A stretch of 64,000 nt of DNA from Planctomycetota bacterium (GTDB lineage Bacteria; Planctomycetota; UBA11346). A program made the position numbers and the translations under genes. Below are positions 1 through 9,302 of this stretch, one piece after another. A model generated the notes under the pieces. The model had not been told where the DNA came from, ran no database searches, and saw only the letters and a list, made by a program, of their open reading frames with translations. Numbering within the stretch: the first letter of the stretch is position 1; every line of letters starts with the position of its first letter. The stretch spans positions 1-64,000 of the forward strand of contig JBBRLJ010000008.1 of assembly GCA_038231435.1 (NCBI GenBank), given 5' to 3'.

Positions 1-129
1 GAAGCCCTGGCCAGCCTCGTCCAAGCGGCCAAACGAAAGGCGCGTGGATACCGGAACCACGAGACGTTCATCCTCATGGCGTATCTCATCGCGGGAAAAC
101 TGGATCTGAGAAGTACCCACACAAAGTGA
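1..129 (+). mobile_element. ISL3-family transposase, 3' end (partial, runs off window)
   Basis: Frame 1 reads EALASLVQAAKRKARGYRNHETFILMAYLIAGKLDLRSTHTK*, matching the ISL3 C-terminal K-R-x-A-x-G-Y-R-N motif. Confidence 0.85.
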
Positions 130-146
130 CGCAGAGCCTAAAATAA
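115..146 (+). mobile_element. ISL3 right end (ends ...GAGCC at 138) and probable 8-bp AT-rich target site TAAAATAA (139-146)
   Basis: Reverse complement begins GGCTCT, typical of ISL3 termini; ISL3 elements make 8-bp AT-rich duplications. Confidence 0.6.
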
Positions 147-147
147 T

Positions 148-585
148 TCACGCAACCTCATGATGATAGAAATTCAGCGTATTTCCAAGGCGCGAGCGGC
201 ATACGATTGCACCATGCGGGCTGAAAGGGCGGTCGTGGAGCGGGACTGGGATACGATGGCCTTCGAGAGCCTGATGATTCTGCTCGTGGTTGTAGTAGGC
301 GATGTGCTCGGAGAGAGGCAGTGCCGGAGATGCTCGGTCGACAGGGGGATGATGGCTCGGCCGATCTCTTGCCGGACGGTTCCGATGAAGTGTTCGATGT
401 AGGCGTTGAGGACCGGAGAATGCGGCCGCAAGACGTTCGGTCTTGCGGCCGATGTATCGGAAGCACGCCCGAACCTGGCCCGTGAACAACGGGTCGCGAT
501 CCATGATGACGTAGCGCAGGCCGCGAAGGAACCCGTCGTCGGGATCGGACATCGTCTGTGCCATGTTGATTTTTTTCACAGTACG
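148..585 (-). pseudogene. Integrase-core (rve) transposase remnant, truncated, two frameshifts
   Basis: Three pieces join across frameshifts: YVIMDRDPLFT / PHSPVLNAYIEHFIGTVRQE / EHIAYYNHEQNHQAL...CRSRLGNTLNFYHHEVA; terminal repeat-like CGTACTGTGAAAAAAATC at 585-568. Confidence 0.8.
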
Positions 586-727
586 CAACGCGGAGGTCGC
601 CGTAGATCGAATGGTAGATCCAAGGTGGAGAGATGGCCCAGCGTAGCAGAGTTACGTGGCCGTTTCGACAACGCCGGAGATGCCATTCGAGATCGAGACC
701 ACCGCGTCGTGTATCCGCGACAGACTC

Positions 728-2392
728 CTAGGGCTTAGCAGAGGGTCGTCGGTCCAGGCTTGTGAAACCCTGGCCCGGCGGCTTGCCACCCCAGACCTGG
801 TTATCCTTGGCTTCGCCCACGTTGGCGGGCTCCCAAAGCCGCAGCAGATCGGTCCCTGGATCGGCGGCAATCACGGTATCGCTGAGGCTCAGATGGGAAT
901 TGAAGACACCGGTGATTTGAGCCTTGAGATCGCCAACCGGTCCCTGGCCATTGGCAAGGATGTGGCACCTGCGCACGGTGATCATACCCGCATCGATGAT
1001 CGACAGGCCTGGACCTTCGTTGTCTGCGATGAGGCAGTCATCGAGCAGCACGCTGCTGCCGGGTACGATGGCATCATCGTGGCTGATGAGCAGTCCGTGA
1101 CCTCCGGACTGAATTCCGGTGTTGACGTTGGTCGGGCCAGTCTGGTTACCTGTGCAGCGCAGTTGACGCAACACGGTGTCGCCGCCTCCTGCACTGAGGA
1201 ATAGCGATAGCCCACCTTGGCCGTAGTGGGAGCGCAGGCCATTGCCGACGAAAGCGCAATCTTCGATACGAAGGCCATTGACGCCGTGCGTATTCATGCC
1301 ATCGCCACCGAAACCCTCGAAGCGACAGCGGCGAATACGGAAGTCGGTATTGCCATCGATGACGAGACCGTTGCCTTCACCGGTGGCTGCACCGATGAAG
1401 CGAATGCCGGTGAGGATGAGGTGATTGCCGGTGAGTTGAAGCAGATCCTGGTCGCCACCTCGCAGGATGGTCTCTGCGCTAGGCATGGCGGTGATGCGGG
1501 CTGGATTCATTGCGCTGGCTTGTGAGGTGATCTTGACGGGAACATCCGGCGTACGACTCGAACGATGGGTGCCTGGACCAAGGACCACGGCGTCACCAGG
1601 GCCAAGATGCTGGTCGACCTCAGCAAGGGTTGGACCACTGTTTGCATCGAGGTAGATGGTTCGTGTTGCTGGCCCCAGGTCATCGATCAGTTGCGTTTCA
1701 CCAGCGCTGACCGCGCGGTTGGCGAAGCGAACGGTGCCTTCGCTCACGCGCAGCACGGTGGCAGTCCCATCGGTGACGAGGGTGAAGACCGTGCCGACGA
1801 TGGTTGCCTCACCCTGTGGCGTGACTATGACCAGGGGATGCTCAGGCAGTCGCTTGGCGATGGTTGCCTCGACGCGGCCATCAAGGAGAGCGATGCGGTT
1901 GTCTGCGACCTCAACGCGGTAGCGGGCGGTGTGGAAGCTGAGTAGCGAACCATCGGATAAGCGCAGCTCGTGGGTGCCCGTCTGCTCCACGCTGGGGACG
2001 ACGCTTGGCGGTGCAGGCGCAGGTGTTGGTATTGACGAGGCAATCGGTGTGGGGGTTGTCATGCGACGCGTTGGCGTGAGCCACCACCAGCCGGAGAACG
2101 TGATCAGGAGCAAGGCTGCCGCTGCGAGCGAAACCAACCAGGGCATGGTGCGGGTCTGACGACGACGTTCGCTGCGAGTTATGTTCTCCCGTTGGACGAT
2201 GTGACGACCTCCACTGGCTTCACTGCGTGCCGTTACCAATTCCTGGCGCATATTGCTGCGCAGAACGGATTCCGCCCACCAGCGGCGACGTGCCTCGGGA
2301 TCAGCGCTAAGGATTTCAGCAAGGCGTTCCTGCTCTTCAGGGCTAGCAGTCCCATCAAGGACCGCATCGATCGCGGCATCAAGGTCATCCAT
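728..2392 (-). CDS. FecR-type anti-sigma factor with C-terminal right-handed beta-helix domain
   Basis: N-terminal anti-sigma segment (DAVLDGTASPEEQERL), one TM helix, FecR motif (TPQGEATIVGTVFTL...VSEGTVRF), then beta-helix repeats; start overlaps the sigma stop. Confidence 0.8.
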   Translation of the reverse strand: MDDLDAAIDAVLDGTASPEEQERLAEILSADPEARRRWWAESVLRSNMRQELVTARSEASGGRHIVQRENITRSERRRQTRTMPWLVSLAAAALLLITFSGWWWLTPTRRMTTPTPIASSIPTPAPAPPSVVPSVEQTGTHELRLSDGSLLSFHTARYRVEVADNRIALLDGRVEATIAKRLPEHPLVIVTPQGEATIVGTVFTLVTDGTATVLRVSEGTVRFANRAVSAGETQLIDDLGPATRTIYLDANSGPTLAEVDQHLGPGDAVVLGPGTHRSSRTPDVPVKITSQASAMNPARITAMPSAETILRGGDQDLLQLTGNHLILTGIRFIGAATGEGNGLVIDGNTDFRIRRCRFEGFGGDGMNTHGVNGLRIEDCAFVGNGLRSHYGQGGLSLFLSAGGGDTVLRQLRCTGNQTGPTNVNTGIQSGGHGLLISHDDAIVPGSSVLLDDCLIADNEGPGLSIIDAGMITVRRCHILANGQGPVGDLKAQITGVFNSHLSLSDTVIAADPGTDLLRLWEPANVGEAKDNQVWGGKPPGQGFTSLDRRPSAKP

Positions 2393-2906
2393 CGACGATC
2401 TCGATCTTCGGCAGCGTGGTCTGGATGCACTGACGCAGGGCGACGCAGGCTCGTGAGAGGGCAACGCTGACCGCATTTGCCGTCCATTTCACCCGACTGG
2501 CAATGGCCTCAGGCAACAGGCCATCAAGATAGCGCAATTCGACCAGCTTGCGCGCATTGGGTGCTAGGCGTGGCAGGCAGAGGGCGAGGGCGCGACGTTC
2601 AGCGTCCCAGATCTGCGGTGACGGAGCTTCCTCGGCGAGCAGATCGATGAGCTGGGTAGGGAAGGCACCGGGGCGACTGCGAAAGCGCAGCAGTTCAAGC
2701 ACCTTGTGGCGCAGAATGGTGCGAGTCCAGGCGGTGAAATCGCTGCCTTCGCTAAAATCCGCCGCCTTGGCCTGGACCACCAGGAAGCATTCCTGTACGG
2801 CATCGTCCGCGAGGGCTGGGTCGCCAGTCAGGCCGATGGCATAACCGCGCAGACTAGGAGCGAGGACGAGGAACCGCGATTGCATCCGCTTCTGTGTCGG
2901 ATTCAC
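2385..2906 (-). CDS. ECF sigma-70 factor
   Basis: Region 2 (ADDAVQECF, FTAWTRTI) and region 4 (LVELRYLDGL...VSVALSR); 173 aa. Confidence 0.9.
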   Translation of the reverse strand: MNPTQKRMQSRFLVLAPSLRGYAIGLTGDPALADDAVQECFLVVQAKAADFSEGSDFTAWTRTILRHKVLELLRFRSRPGAFPTQLIDLLAEEAPSPQIWDAERRALALCLPRLAPNARKLVELRYLDGLLPEAIASRVKWTANAVSVALSRACVALRQCIQTTLPKIEIVDG

Positions 2907-2964
2907 GGGGCCTTCTTGTGCGTGAGGATAACGCGTGGTGGGCGATGTGCGACTCGGCGCAAAT

Positions 2965-4656
2965 TCATCGCAGCAGTCGGCGTGTACGGGTGAACATCAT
3001 CGATAGGCACAGCGCGAGCATGGCGATGCCGCTGCCCATGCCACAGCCTCCGCTGTCATCGGCGCGGCTGGCCGGCATGCTGGGCGTGGTCGGTGGAGTG
3101 GCGTCTACCACCGCAGAGACGGTCAGGACGAAGGTATCGTTCGCCGAGAGCGATCCGTCACTCACCGATACGGTGATGGAGGTGGCGGCGACATCGCCAG
3201 CCCCAGGTGTTCCAAAGAACGTGCGCGTCGAGGCATTGAAGCCCAACCAGCCTAGAGATTCGTTCGAGTTCCACGCCAGCGTGTCGCCGTCGGCATCTGT
3301 GAAGGTCCCGGCTGGAACCTGGTAGATGAACGCCACGCCTACCGTTGCCGAGCGATCGGGAATGGCGATCGCGAGGACAGGCGCATGGTTCACGCTACCG
3401 CCAGCGCTGTATTCGTAGCAACCGATGTCGACCGCCGATCCGGCGATTCGGACATTGCCATCAAGATCGTTAGCCGGATAGCCGTAGGTGGCACTGCCCG
3501 CATTGATGGCCGGGCTGGTGGATAGCAGGTGGAAATCCGAGGTCGACAATATGCCTGGGCTGACCAGGAGCGGATTCACGCCATTAAGATTGCCTACGAA
3601 GGTTGGCGAGCTGCCGTCACCGGTGGACTGCGAGGATTGGCTAACCGTTCCGTTGAAGAAGATGTTGTTTTTCCAGATGTTGGTGGTGGAGGAATTGCCG
3701 GAAGCGCTGCCCTTGTCCATCATCGCCGTATTGTTGGCGTTGATGGCCGGATCGGCCCAGGCGATGTTGTTCACCCAGACGGTGTTGCGGCATTGCTGGC
3801 AATACAAGTCACCGCGATAACTTCCGCTGTTCACGTTGTCGGTATTGTTCTTGAAACTGATGTTGTTGCGAATTGTGATATTGTCGCTCCAGCACGATTT
3901 GAGTCCGGCGCCACCATTGTTGTAGCAAATGTTGTTTTCGACCAGGGCGGTGAAGGGGTAGGGCGTTCCAGGATTCTGCGTGTAATTCCAGTCGTCGATG
4001 ATGATACCGTTGCCGTCCGTATGCGGGCCGTTCGCTGGCGCGGTCAGGTTGCCGTAGCAGATGTTGTTGCGTATGATGATGTGATGACCTGGTGACGTGT
4101 CACCGATCGACTTTGCCTCATATATGGAGATGCCGCTGTACCAGCTCAGGTTGGAGTTGTTGTTGCAGACATTGCCCTCGAAGTGATAGAAGTCGCTCCA
4201 GGCCCCAGTGATGCCGCTATTGCCACAGTGATGGGCGTGGCAATTCATCACGCGGATATGGTGGCTGTTTTCGGCGTTGAACCCGTGGCTACCGGGATTG
4301 GTCAGATCGATACCGTCGACCTCAACGTAATTCGCATTGATCCAGAAGCCGCTTGCTCCGCTGTTGGAGACGAGTTTCGCGCCCCACTTGTTGGTAGATC
4401 TGAAGATGATGTAGTTGGCAGCGTTGCCTGAGCGTGAGAGCGTCACCGCCTCGTTGTAGGTGCCGTCAGCGATGTGGACGGTATCGCCGGGATTGACCTT
4501 GGTCGCGGCGTAGGAAACCGTTTTCCATGCTGCCCCCAGACTTTGCCCGTTGCTGGCGTTGTTCCCGGTCGTGGCGACGTAGTAGTCTGCGGCAGGCAGG
4601 GAGGTGATCAGGACGAAGGCAAGCAGGCTGGGCAGGGCAAGGCGGATGCAGGGCAT
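2965..4656 (-). CDS. Secreted right-handed beta-helix (pectin-lyase fold) protein with Ig/cadherin-like domain and C-terminal anchor
   Basis: Signal peptide; YYVATTGNN...PGDTVHIADGTY start; Asn ladder; TDGNGIIID; SPAINAG...DIGCYEY; FTDADGDTL He_PIG-like domain; SGGCGMGSG-TM-RTRRLLR tail. Confidence 0.85.
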   Translation of the reverse strand: MPCIRLALPSLLAFVLITSLPAADYYVATTGNNASNGQSLGAAWKTVSYAATKVNPGDTVHIADGTYNEAVTLSRSGNAANYIIFRSTNKWGAKLVSNSGASGFWINANYVEVDGIDLTNPGSHGFNAENSHHIRVMNCHAHHCGNSGITGAWSDFYHFEGNVCNNNSNLSWYSGISIYEAKSIGDTSPGHHIIIRNNICYGNLTAPANGPHTDGNGIIIDDWNYTQNPGTPYPFTALVENNICYNNGGAGLKSCWSDNITIRNNISFKNNTDNVNSGSYRGDLYCQQCRNTVWVNNIAWADPAINANNTAMMDKGSASGNSSTTNIWKNNIFFNGTVSQSSQSTGDGSSPTFVGNLNGVNPLLVSPGILSTSDFHLLSTSPAINAGSATYGYPANDLDGNVRIAGSAVDIGCYEYSAGGSVNHAPVLAIAIPDRSATVGVAFIYQVPAGTFTDADGDTLAWNSNESLGWLGFNASTRTFFGTPGAGDVAATSITVSVSDGSLSANDTFVLTVSAVVDATPPTTPSMPASRADDSGGCGMGSGIAMLALCLSMMFTRTRRLLR

Positions 4657-4809
4657 AGAGGGCTCCTGCTTAGGATGCGGCGACTGGCGAGGACTTAGCA
4701 GGCAAACTGATGACTAGTATTCATGGGCTTGTATGGACAGAGGTTACAGGAGATACACTGCGGTTAATTCAGTCACGGTTAGCCACGTTTTTCTCGTCGG
4801 TCACAGGGC

Positions 4810-5237
4810 CGTATGGTGCAAAAAACCGCTCGCATCGTGGATTTCATCGCGTTTTCACGCCGCGACGCGCTCCCAATGCACGAGCGTACCGGCCATGCGA
4901 GATCGTATTCTGAGGGTGCCCGCCGTGGCCCCGATTTCTGGACCCGGTTCGATGACGCGGTCGCCGATTTCCTGATGTGGTCGGTGCCGGTGTTACCAAT
5001 CGACGTACTCGTCCAGGCCGCGGCGAAGTGCGGTGTCGCCGACAAACCAGAAGCGATTGGGGAACTTCTCCTGGATGCTGCGGATGACGCGTTCGCAATG
5101 GGCCTTCATGTTTTGCGCCCGCGGCGCGGTGACGATGACCTCCGTGCTGTATGACGCGACGCTGCCATCGAAATCTGTAGCCATAAAACCCCTCCATGAT
5201 CAGCCATGTCCGGATATGAGAGTTTTTGAAGCATTCG
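4810..5237 (-). pseudogene. Second integrase-core IS remnant (internally deleted, in-frame stop) with imperfect terminal inverted repeats
   Basis: TAPRAQNMKAHCERVIRSIQ...LDEYVDW*HRHRPHQEIG...SRMAGTLVHWERVAA* (ends 4855); ends CGTATGGTGCAAAAAACC (4810-4827) and GAGTTTTTGAAGCATTCG (5220-5237) match 13/18 as inverted repeats. Confidence 0.75.
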
Positions 5238-5301
5238 CGTAAGCGCTACGTTCATCTCGTGTTGCGCCGTGTCGCGCCATGATCGCGATCCGTCATTCAG
5301 G

Positions 5302-5387
5302 CATCAGTCAGGGGGCTCTCGCTCTCCGACAACGCGCCTCCGGCGCTGCCCCCTTCGATCCGCGAACTGGGATTGATTCTGCTTCAC
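5302..5387. repeat. ~86-bp structured repeat, copy 1
   Basis: Shares exact GTCAGGGGGCTCTCG and CCGACAACGCGCCTCCGGCGCTGCCCCC with 6819-6905. Confidence 0.85.
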
Positions 5388-5614
5388 TGGAATCGCAACG
5401 GCCTCCGTCACTCTGCGCGTGACGGGGCGCTGCCGCTCAGGCACTGGCGTCGCCTTCGGCGCCAGCCATTGCCATCAGGAATAAAGCGCCTGTCCGTTGT
5501 TCCGACCACGCCGAGGCCGTCTCGTCGCGCGAAGCGGTTCCACTCCTGATCGACCTCACTGACGCAACGAAAAACGCCAGCCAAGCAGCGGCGTCAGCCA
5601 GCGCGTGGGAGTCG

Positions 5615-6418
5615 TCACTTGCGTACCTCGAGCACCAGGGCCTGGATCTTCCCATCCACAGCGCCTGTTCCGAAACGCCTGGCGATCTCCGCTGTCACGG
5701 TCTCGGTCGCCTCCGGCAGCCCCTGTGGATCCCGGGTCTCGATCTCGTTGCGTAGTGGCGTGCCCTGGCAATACGCGACTGCCGCGATCCTCGGCGATTC
5801 GGCCCGGCTGCGCTCCGTCACCACGCGTGCCACCATCCCGCTGTCGAATCCGCCTTGCACCAGGTCGCGCGCGATCGCATCCACGTCGTGGTATCCGTGC
5901 GGAATCCGCGCCATGAACCGCGGCGGGTCGTTCAGGAATATCCGTGCCAACGCCTGCGTCGTCGAATCTGCGAATTCGTTCTCCTCGATCCGGTCCCAGA
6001 CGTTGAAGATGAAATGCCCACCGGCCCGCAGGACTCGCCTCGCCTCGCGGAACGCCCGTGCCTTGTCCGGGAAGAACATGGCCCCGAACTGGCACACCAC
6101 CGCGTCGAAGGAGCCATCCGGAAAGGGCAGGTCCATGGCGTCGGCGCGGCGCCATTCCACGGGCCGCGCCGTGCCTGTGGCGGCGGCATGGTCGAGCATC
6201 GGCTGGTTCAGGTCGGTCGCCACGATCTCGGATTCCGGTGGCAGCGCCGTCGCCAGGCAGCGGGTGACCGCTCCAGTTCCTGCGGCGATCTCGAGCACGC
6301 GCGCCGGCCGCTTCGCCGCGACGCGCCCGGCGAGATCGAGCGCATACGGCGCGAAGATGAGCGGCACCATGTACCGCTCGTAGAGTTCAGGGATCGATCC
6401 AGCGAACACCACGTCCAT
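5615..6418 (-). CDS. Class I SAM-dependent methyltransferase (UbiE-like)
   Basis: VLEIAAGTG motif I, ADAMDLPFPDGSFDAVVCQFG. Confidence 0.9.
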   Translation of the reverse strand: MDVVFAGSIPELYERYMVPLIFAPYALDLAGRVAAKRPARVLEIAAGTGAVTRCLATALPPESEIVATDLNQPMLDHAAATGTARPVEWRRADAMDLPFPDGSFDAVVCQFGAMFFPDKARAFREARRVLRAGGHFIFNVWDRIEENEFADSTTQALARIFLNDPPRFMARIPHGYHDVDAIARDLVQGGFDSGMVARVVTERSRAESPRIAAVAYCQGTPLRNEIETRDPQGLPEATETVTAEIARRFGTGAVDGKIQALVLEVRK

Positions 6419-6818
6419 GCGTCGTTCCTTCCCGCCGCCTCAGGCATTAACGACTCTAACGCGAACGGCAGCGTCGGCCATTCAACAGAACCACCCCGCC
6501 CACCAGATAGCTGAGTCGTGGCTGGATTGCCAGTGCGCTCCTCACCAAAAGCATCCGCACCGCTGTCTCATCGCCCGCGGCTACGACACACAATTGTTCG
6601 CGCTGGCTTTTCCTCATACCAGATCTCGGCCATCGATGCCGTTCAAGCTACATGAAGGATGAGTCGAATGGTCAGTTCGATTCCCGCCGCCTCGGGCAGC
6701 TAAAGTCCAGCCAGCGTCCCGTCTTCCACTTTCTTCAGATGGGCCCGCTACGCTTAGTGTGGCGGGGCGCTGCTTTCAGCAGCGATCTGGTCGACTGCGG
6801 CGACGGCCCATCTCCAGT

Positions 6819-6905
6819 CATCGGTCAGGGGGCTCTCGACCCCCCGACAACGCGCCTCCGGCGCTGCCCCCCACGATTCGCGAATTGGGAGTGGGTGTGC
6901 TTCAC
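6819..6905. repeat. ~86-bp structured repeat, copy 2 (direct orientation)
   Basis: Direct repeat of 5302-5387. Confidence 0.85.
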
Positions 6906-7360
6906 GAGAAGCCCTGGCTTATCGCGCGCTGCTCATGCCAGGACGGTTCTGAGAGGCGACGACGTTCCCGGTGGCGCAGGTCGTTTCCAATCCGAAACCA
7001 GTCCATTGTTCGGTCAATTGCTCGGCGTTACATGGTTCGGCGATTCCGGCGAATGGCCCCAAGCGACAGTTTCCGCGCGAGCGAGGCCAGCTCGCCATGG
7101 ATGTCGCCGATCTCGCGTGCATCGACTCCGGTCACGATCCGCTTCGGAGTCACCACGCTGACCAGGTCGAATGTGCCGAGGATGCGGAACTCCGTGTGGG
7201 ACCAGCGGCATCCGACCTGGGTGCCTCTGCCAACCCGTGTGAGGCGATGGCGCGCGTGAGGAGCGATGCCCAGCGCCTGACGCCCGGCCATTCCCCCCGG
7301 GTGCATGTCGGATATCGCTTGGGTAAGAATCCGCGCTCCTGACGGATTCATATCCAGAAC

Positions 7361-7882
7361 ATGTCCGACTCATCCCGATTACCCCTGGTCCAGGCCGAGC
7401 TGCTCCGGCATGCCGAGCAGCTCAAGGGGTTCATCCACGCCCTGATCTCGGACCGCGACGCCGCTGAGGACTGCTTCCAGGAGCTGTTCATCACCGTCAC
7501 CGCTAAGGCGGCCGACTTCGCCCCCGGCAGCGATTTCCTGGCCTGGGCACGCGCCATCGCCCGCTTCAAGGTGCTGCAGCACCTGTCGCGTGGGAGGCGG
7601 CAATGCCGGCTCGATCCGGCCACGGTGGAGGCGCTCGCCGCCGAGGCAGAACCCTTCACTGCGGATTGGGATGCCGGGCTCAGCGCGCTGGTCCGCTGCC
7701 TGGAGCGCCTCGCTCCGAGCGCGCGTCGCCTGATCGACGCGCGCTATGACCAGGGCCTGCAGCCAGCGGCCATCGCCGCCGCCACCGGGCGCTCGGCCAA
7801 TGGCGTCACCGTCGCCCTGGCCAAGGCCAGGACGATCCTCGAGCGCTGCATCCAGCAGCAGCGCGCGGCAGAGGAGCGCTGA
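7361..7882 (+). CDS. ECF sigma-70 factor
   Basis: AEDCFQELF, GSDFLAWARAIARFKVL, LIDARYDQGL; clear paralog of 2385-2906. Confidence 0.9.
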   Translation: MSDSSRLPLVQAELLRHAEQLKGFIHALISDRDAAEDCFQELFITVTAKAADFAPGSDFLAWARAIARFKVLQHLSRGRRQCRLDPATVEALAAEAEPFTADWDAGLSALVRCLERLAPSARRLIDARYDQGLQPAAIAAATGRSANGVTVALAKARTILERCIQQQRAAEER

Positions 7883-9159
7883 TGGAGGCCCCCGATCTCG
7901 ATGTGCTCATCGACGGGTATGCCGACGGCAGCCTCGGCGAAGCGGAGTTGGTGCGGCTGAATGCGATGCTCCGTGATGAGCCCGAAGCTCGGGCGCGGTT
8001 CTGGCTGCGGCAGCGGCTGCACGCCCAGCTCACCATCGCCTGCCGCGCCTCGACCGGCTCGGCGACCGCACGCGGCCCCCGCGGCGACTCGGTGCGCTTC
8101 GAGCGCCAGCCAGCGCGGCGATCCGTGCTCGCGTGGTGGCCGCTGGCCGCGGCCGCGCTGCTGGCGCTGGCCCTCGGCCTGTGGCATTGGGCGGCAGCGG
8201 GATCCGGAGCGGTCCCATCCTCGGCGCTGATCGCGGTCGTCCAGGCGGGCGCCTGCGAGGTGCGGCGGGGCGAGCGCGCGGAGCAGCTCGCTCCGCCGGC
8301 GGCGCTGGTCGCCGGCGATCTGCTCACCGCCTCCGCCGGCGGCGCCACCCTGCGCTACGAGGACGGCACCACCTTCGCGTTGTCCATGACATCGCGCCTG
8401 CGGCTGCTCGCACCCGATGAGCGCGCCGGCAAACGCGCCCTGCTCGAGGACGGCAGCCTCACCGCCGAGGTCGCCCCGCAGCAGCCGGGCCATCCGTTGG
8501 TGATCTCGACGCCATCGTCCGAGGCCACCGTGGTCGGGACCGCCTTCACCCTCGCCGCGCGCGACGGACGCACGCGGCTCGCGGTGACGAGCGGGCGCGT
8601 GCGCCTGACGCGTCTGGCGGATCGCGCCGTTGTCGAGGTCGGCGCGGGAGAGTCGGCGGTGGCCAGCTCCGGTATCGCCCTCGCTGCGGCGCCGACGGTG
8701 CTGTTCGAACGCGATTTCGAGACCGGGGCGCTGACGCCAGAGTCGGCCGGGACGCTAGTCGACGGGCCGGCGCGCGCCGGCAGCCACCGCTGCGTCTCTA
8801 GCGTGCCCATCCCAGAACATGGGCTCTCGCGGGTGATGATTGCCGAAGCGGGTCCCGGCCTCTTCACCTATCGCGATGGCGCCGAGCTCTCCTTCGACTA
8901 CTGGGTCGAGGACCGCGTCGGCGCGATCTCGGTCTATGTGTGGGACCGCACCCAGAAGCTGAGCCCGGCCACCGACATCTTTCCGCCGATGCTGGTGAAG
9001 AGCCGCTGGAGCCGCGCCACCGTCACGCTGGCGGACCTGCACATCGGCGACTCACGGCTGCGCGACGGCGATCTCATCACCGAGATCACCATCCAGACCG
9101 CGGAGGGCGGCACGCTCTTCGTCGACGATGTCCGCGTTGCCATGCCGCCACCGCAATAG
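7882..9159 (+). CDS. FecR-type anti-sigma factor with C-terminal CBM-like beta-sandwich domain
   Basis: LIDGYADGSL anti-sigma segment, TM helix, TPSSEATVVGTAFTL...VTSGRVRL, C-terminal FERDFETG...WSRATVTLADL...LFVDDVRV. Confidence 0.8.
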   Translation: MEAPDLDVLIDGYADGSLGEAELVRLNAMLRDEPEARARFWLRQRLHAQLTIACRASTGSATARGPRGDSVRFERQPARRSVLAWWPLAAAALLALALGLWHWAAAGSGAVPSSALIAVVQAGACEVRRGERAEQLAPPAALVAGDLLTASAGGATLRYEDGTTFALSMTSRLRLLAPDERAGKRALLEDGSLTAEVAPQQPGHPLVISTPSSEATVVGTAFTLAARDGRTRLAVTSGRVRLTRLADRAVVEVGAGESAVASSGIALAAAPTVLFERDFETGALTPESAGTLVDGPARAGSHRCVSSVPIPEHGLSRVMIAEAGPGLFTYRDGAELSFDYWVEDRVGAISVYVWDRTQKLSPATDIFPPMLVKSRWSRATVTLADLHIGDSRLRDGDLITEITIQTAEGGTLFVDDVRVAMPPPQ

Positions 9160-9302
9160 GCTCCGCGCGTCCGGCTGATCTCCGTCATCTGTTTTCCGTT
9201 CGCCTTCCGGCATTTGGAGCGGCATTCGGAGCTGCACACGCAGCTGGAAACGCATCCGCATCCTCATCCACAAACGCATCCGCAACCGCAGCAAGGATAC
9301 CC

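Noticed and set aside
5302..6905. CRISPR array or integron attC sites
   Set aside because: Only two copies 1.5 kb apart, no cas or intI gene, no clear RYYYAAC/GTTRRRY boxes
7028..7351. Possible gene remnant upstream of sigma 2
   Set aside because: No recognisable motif
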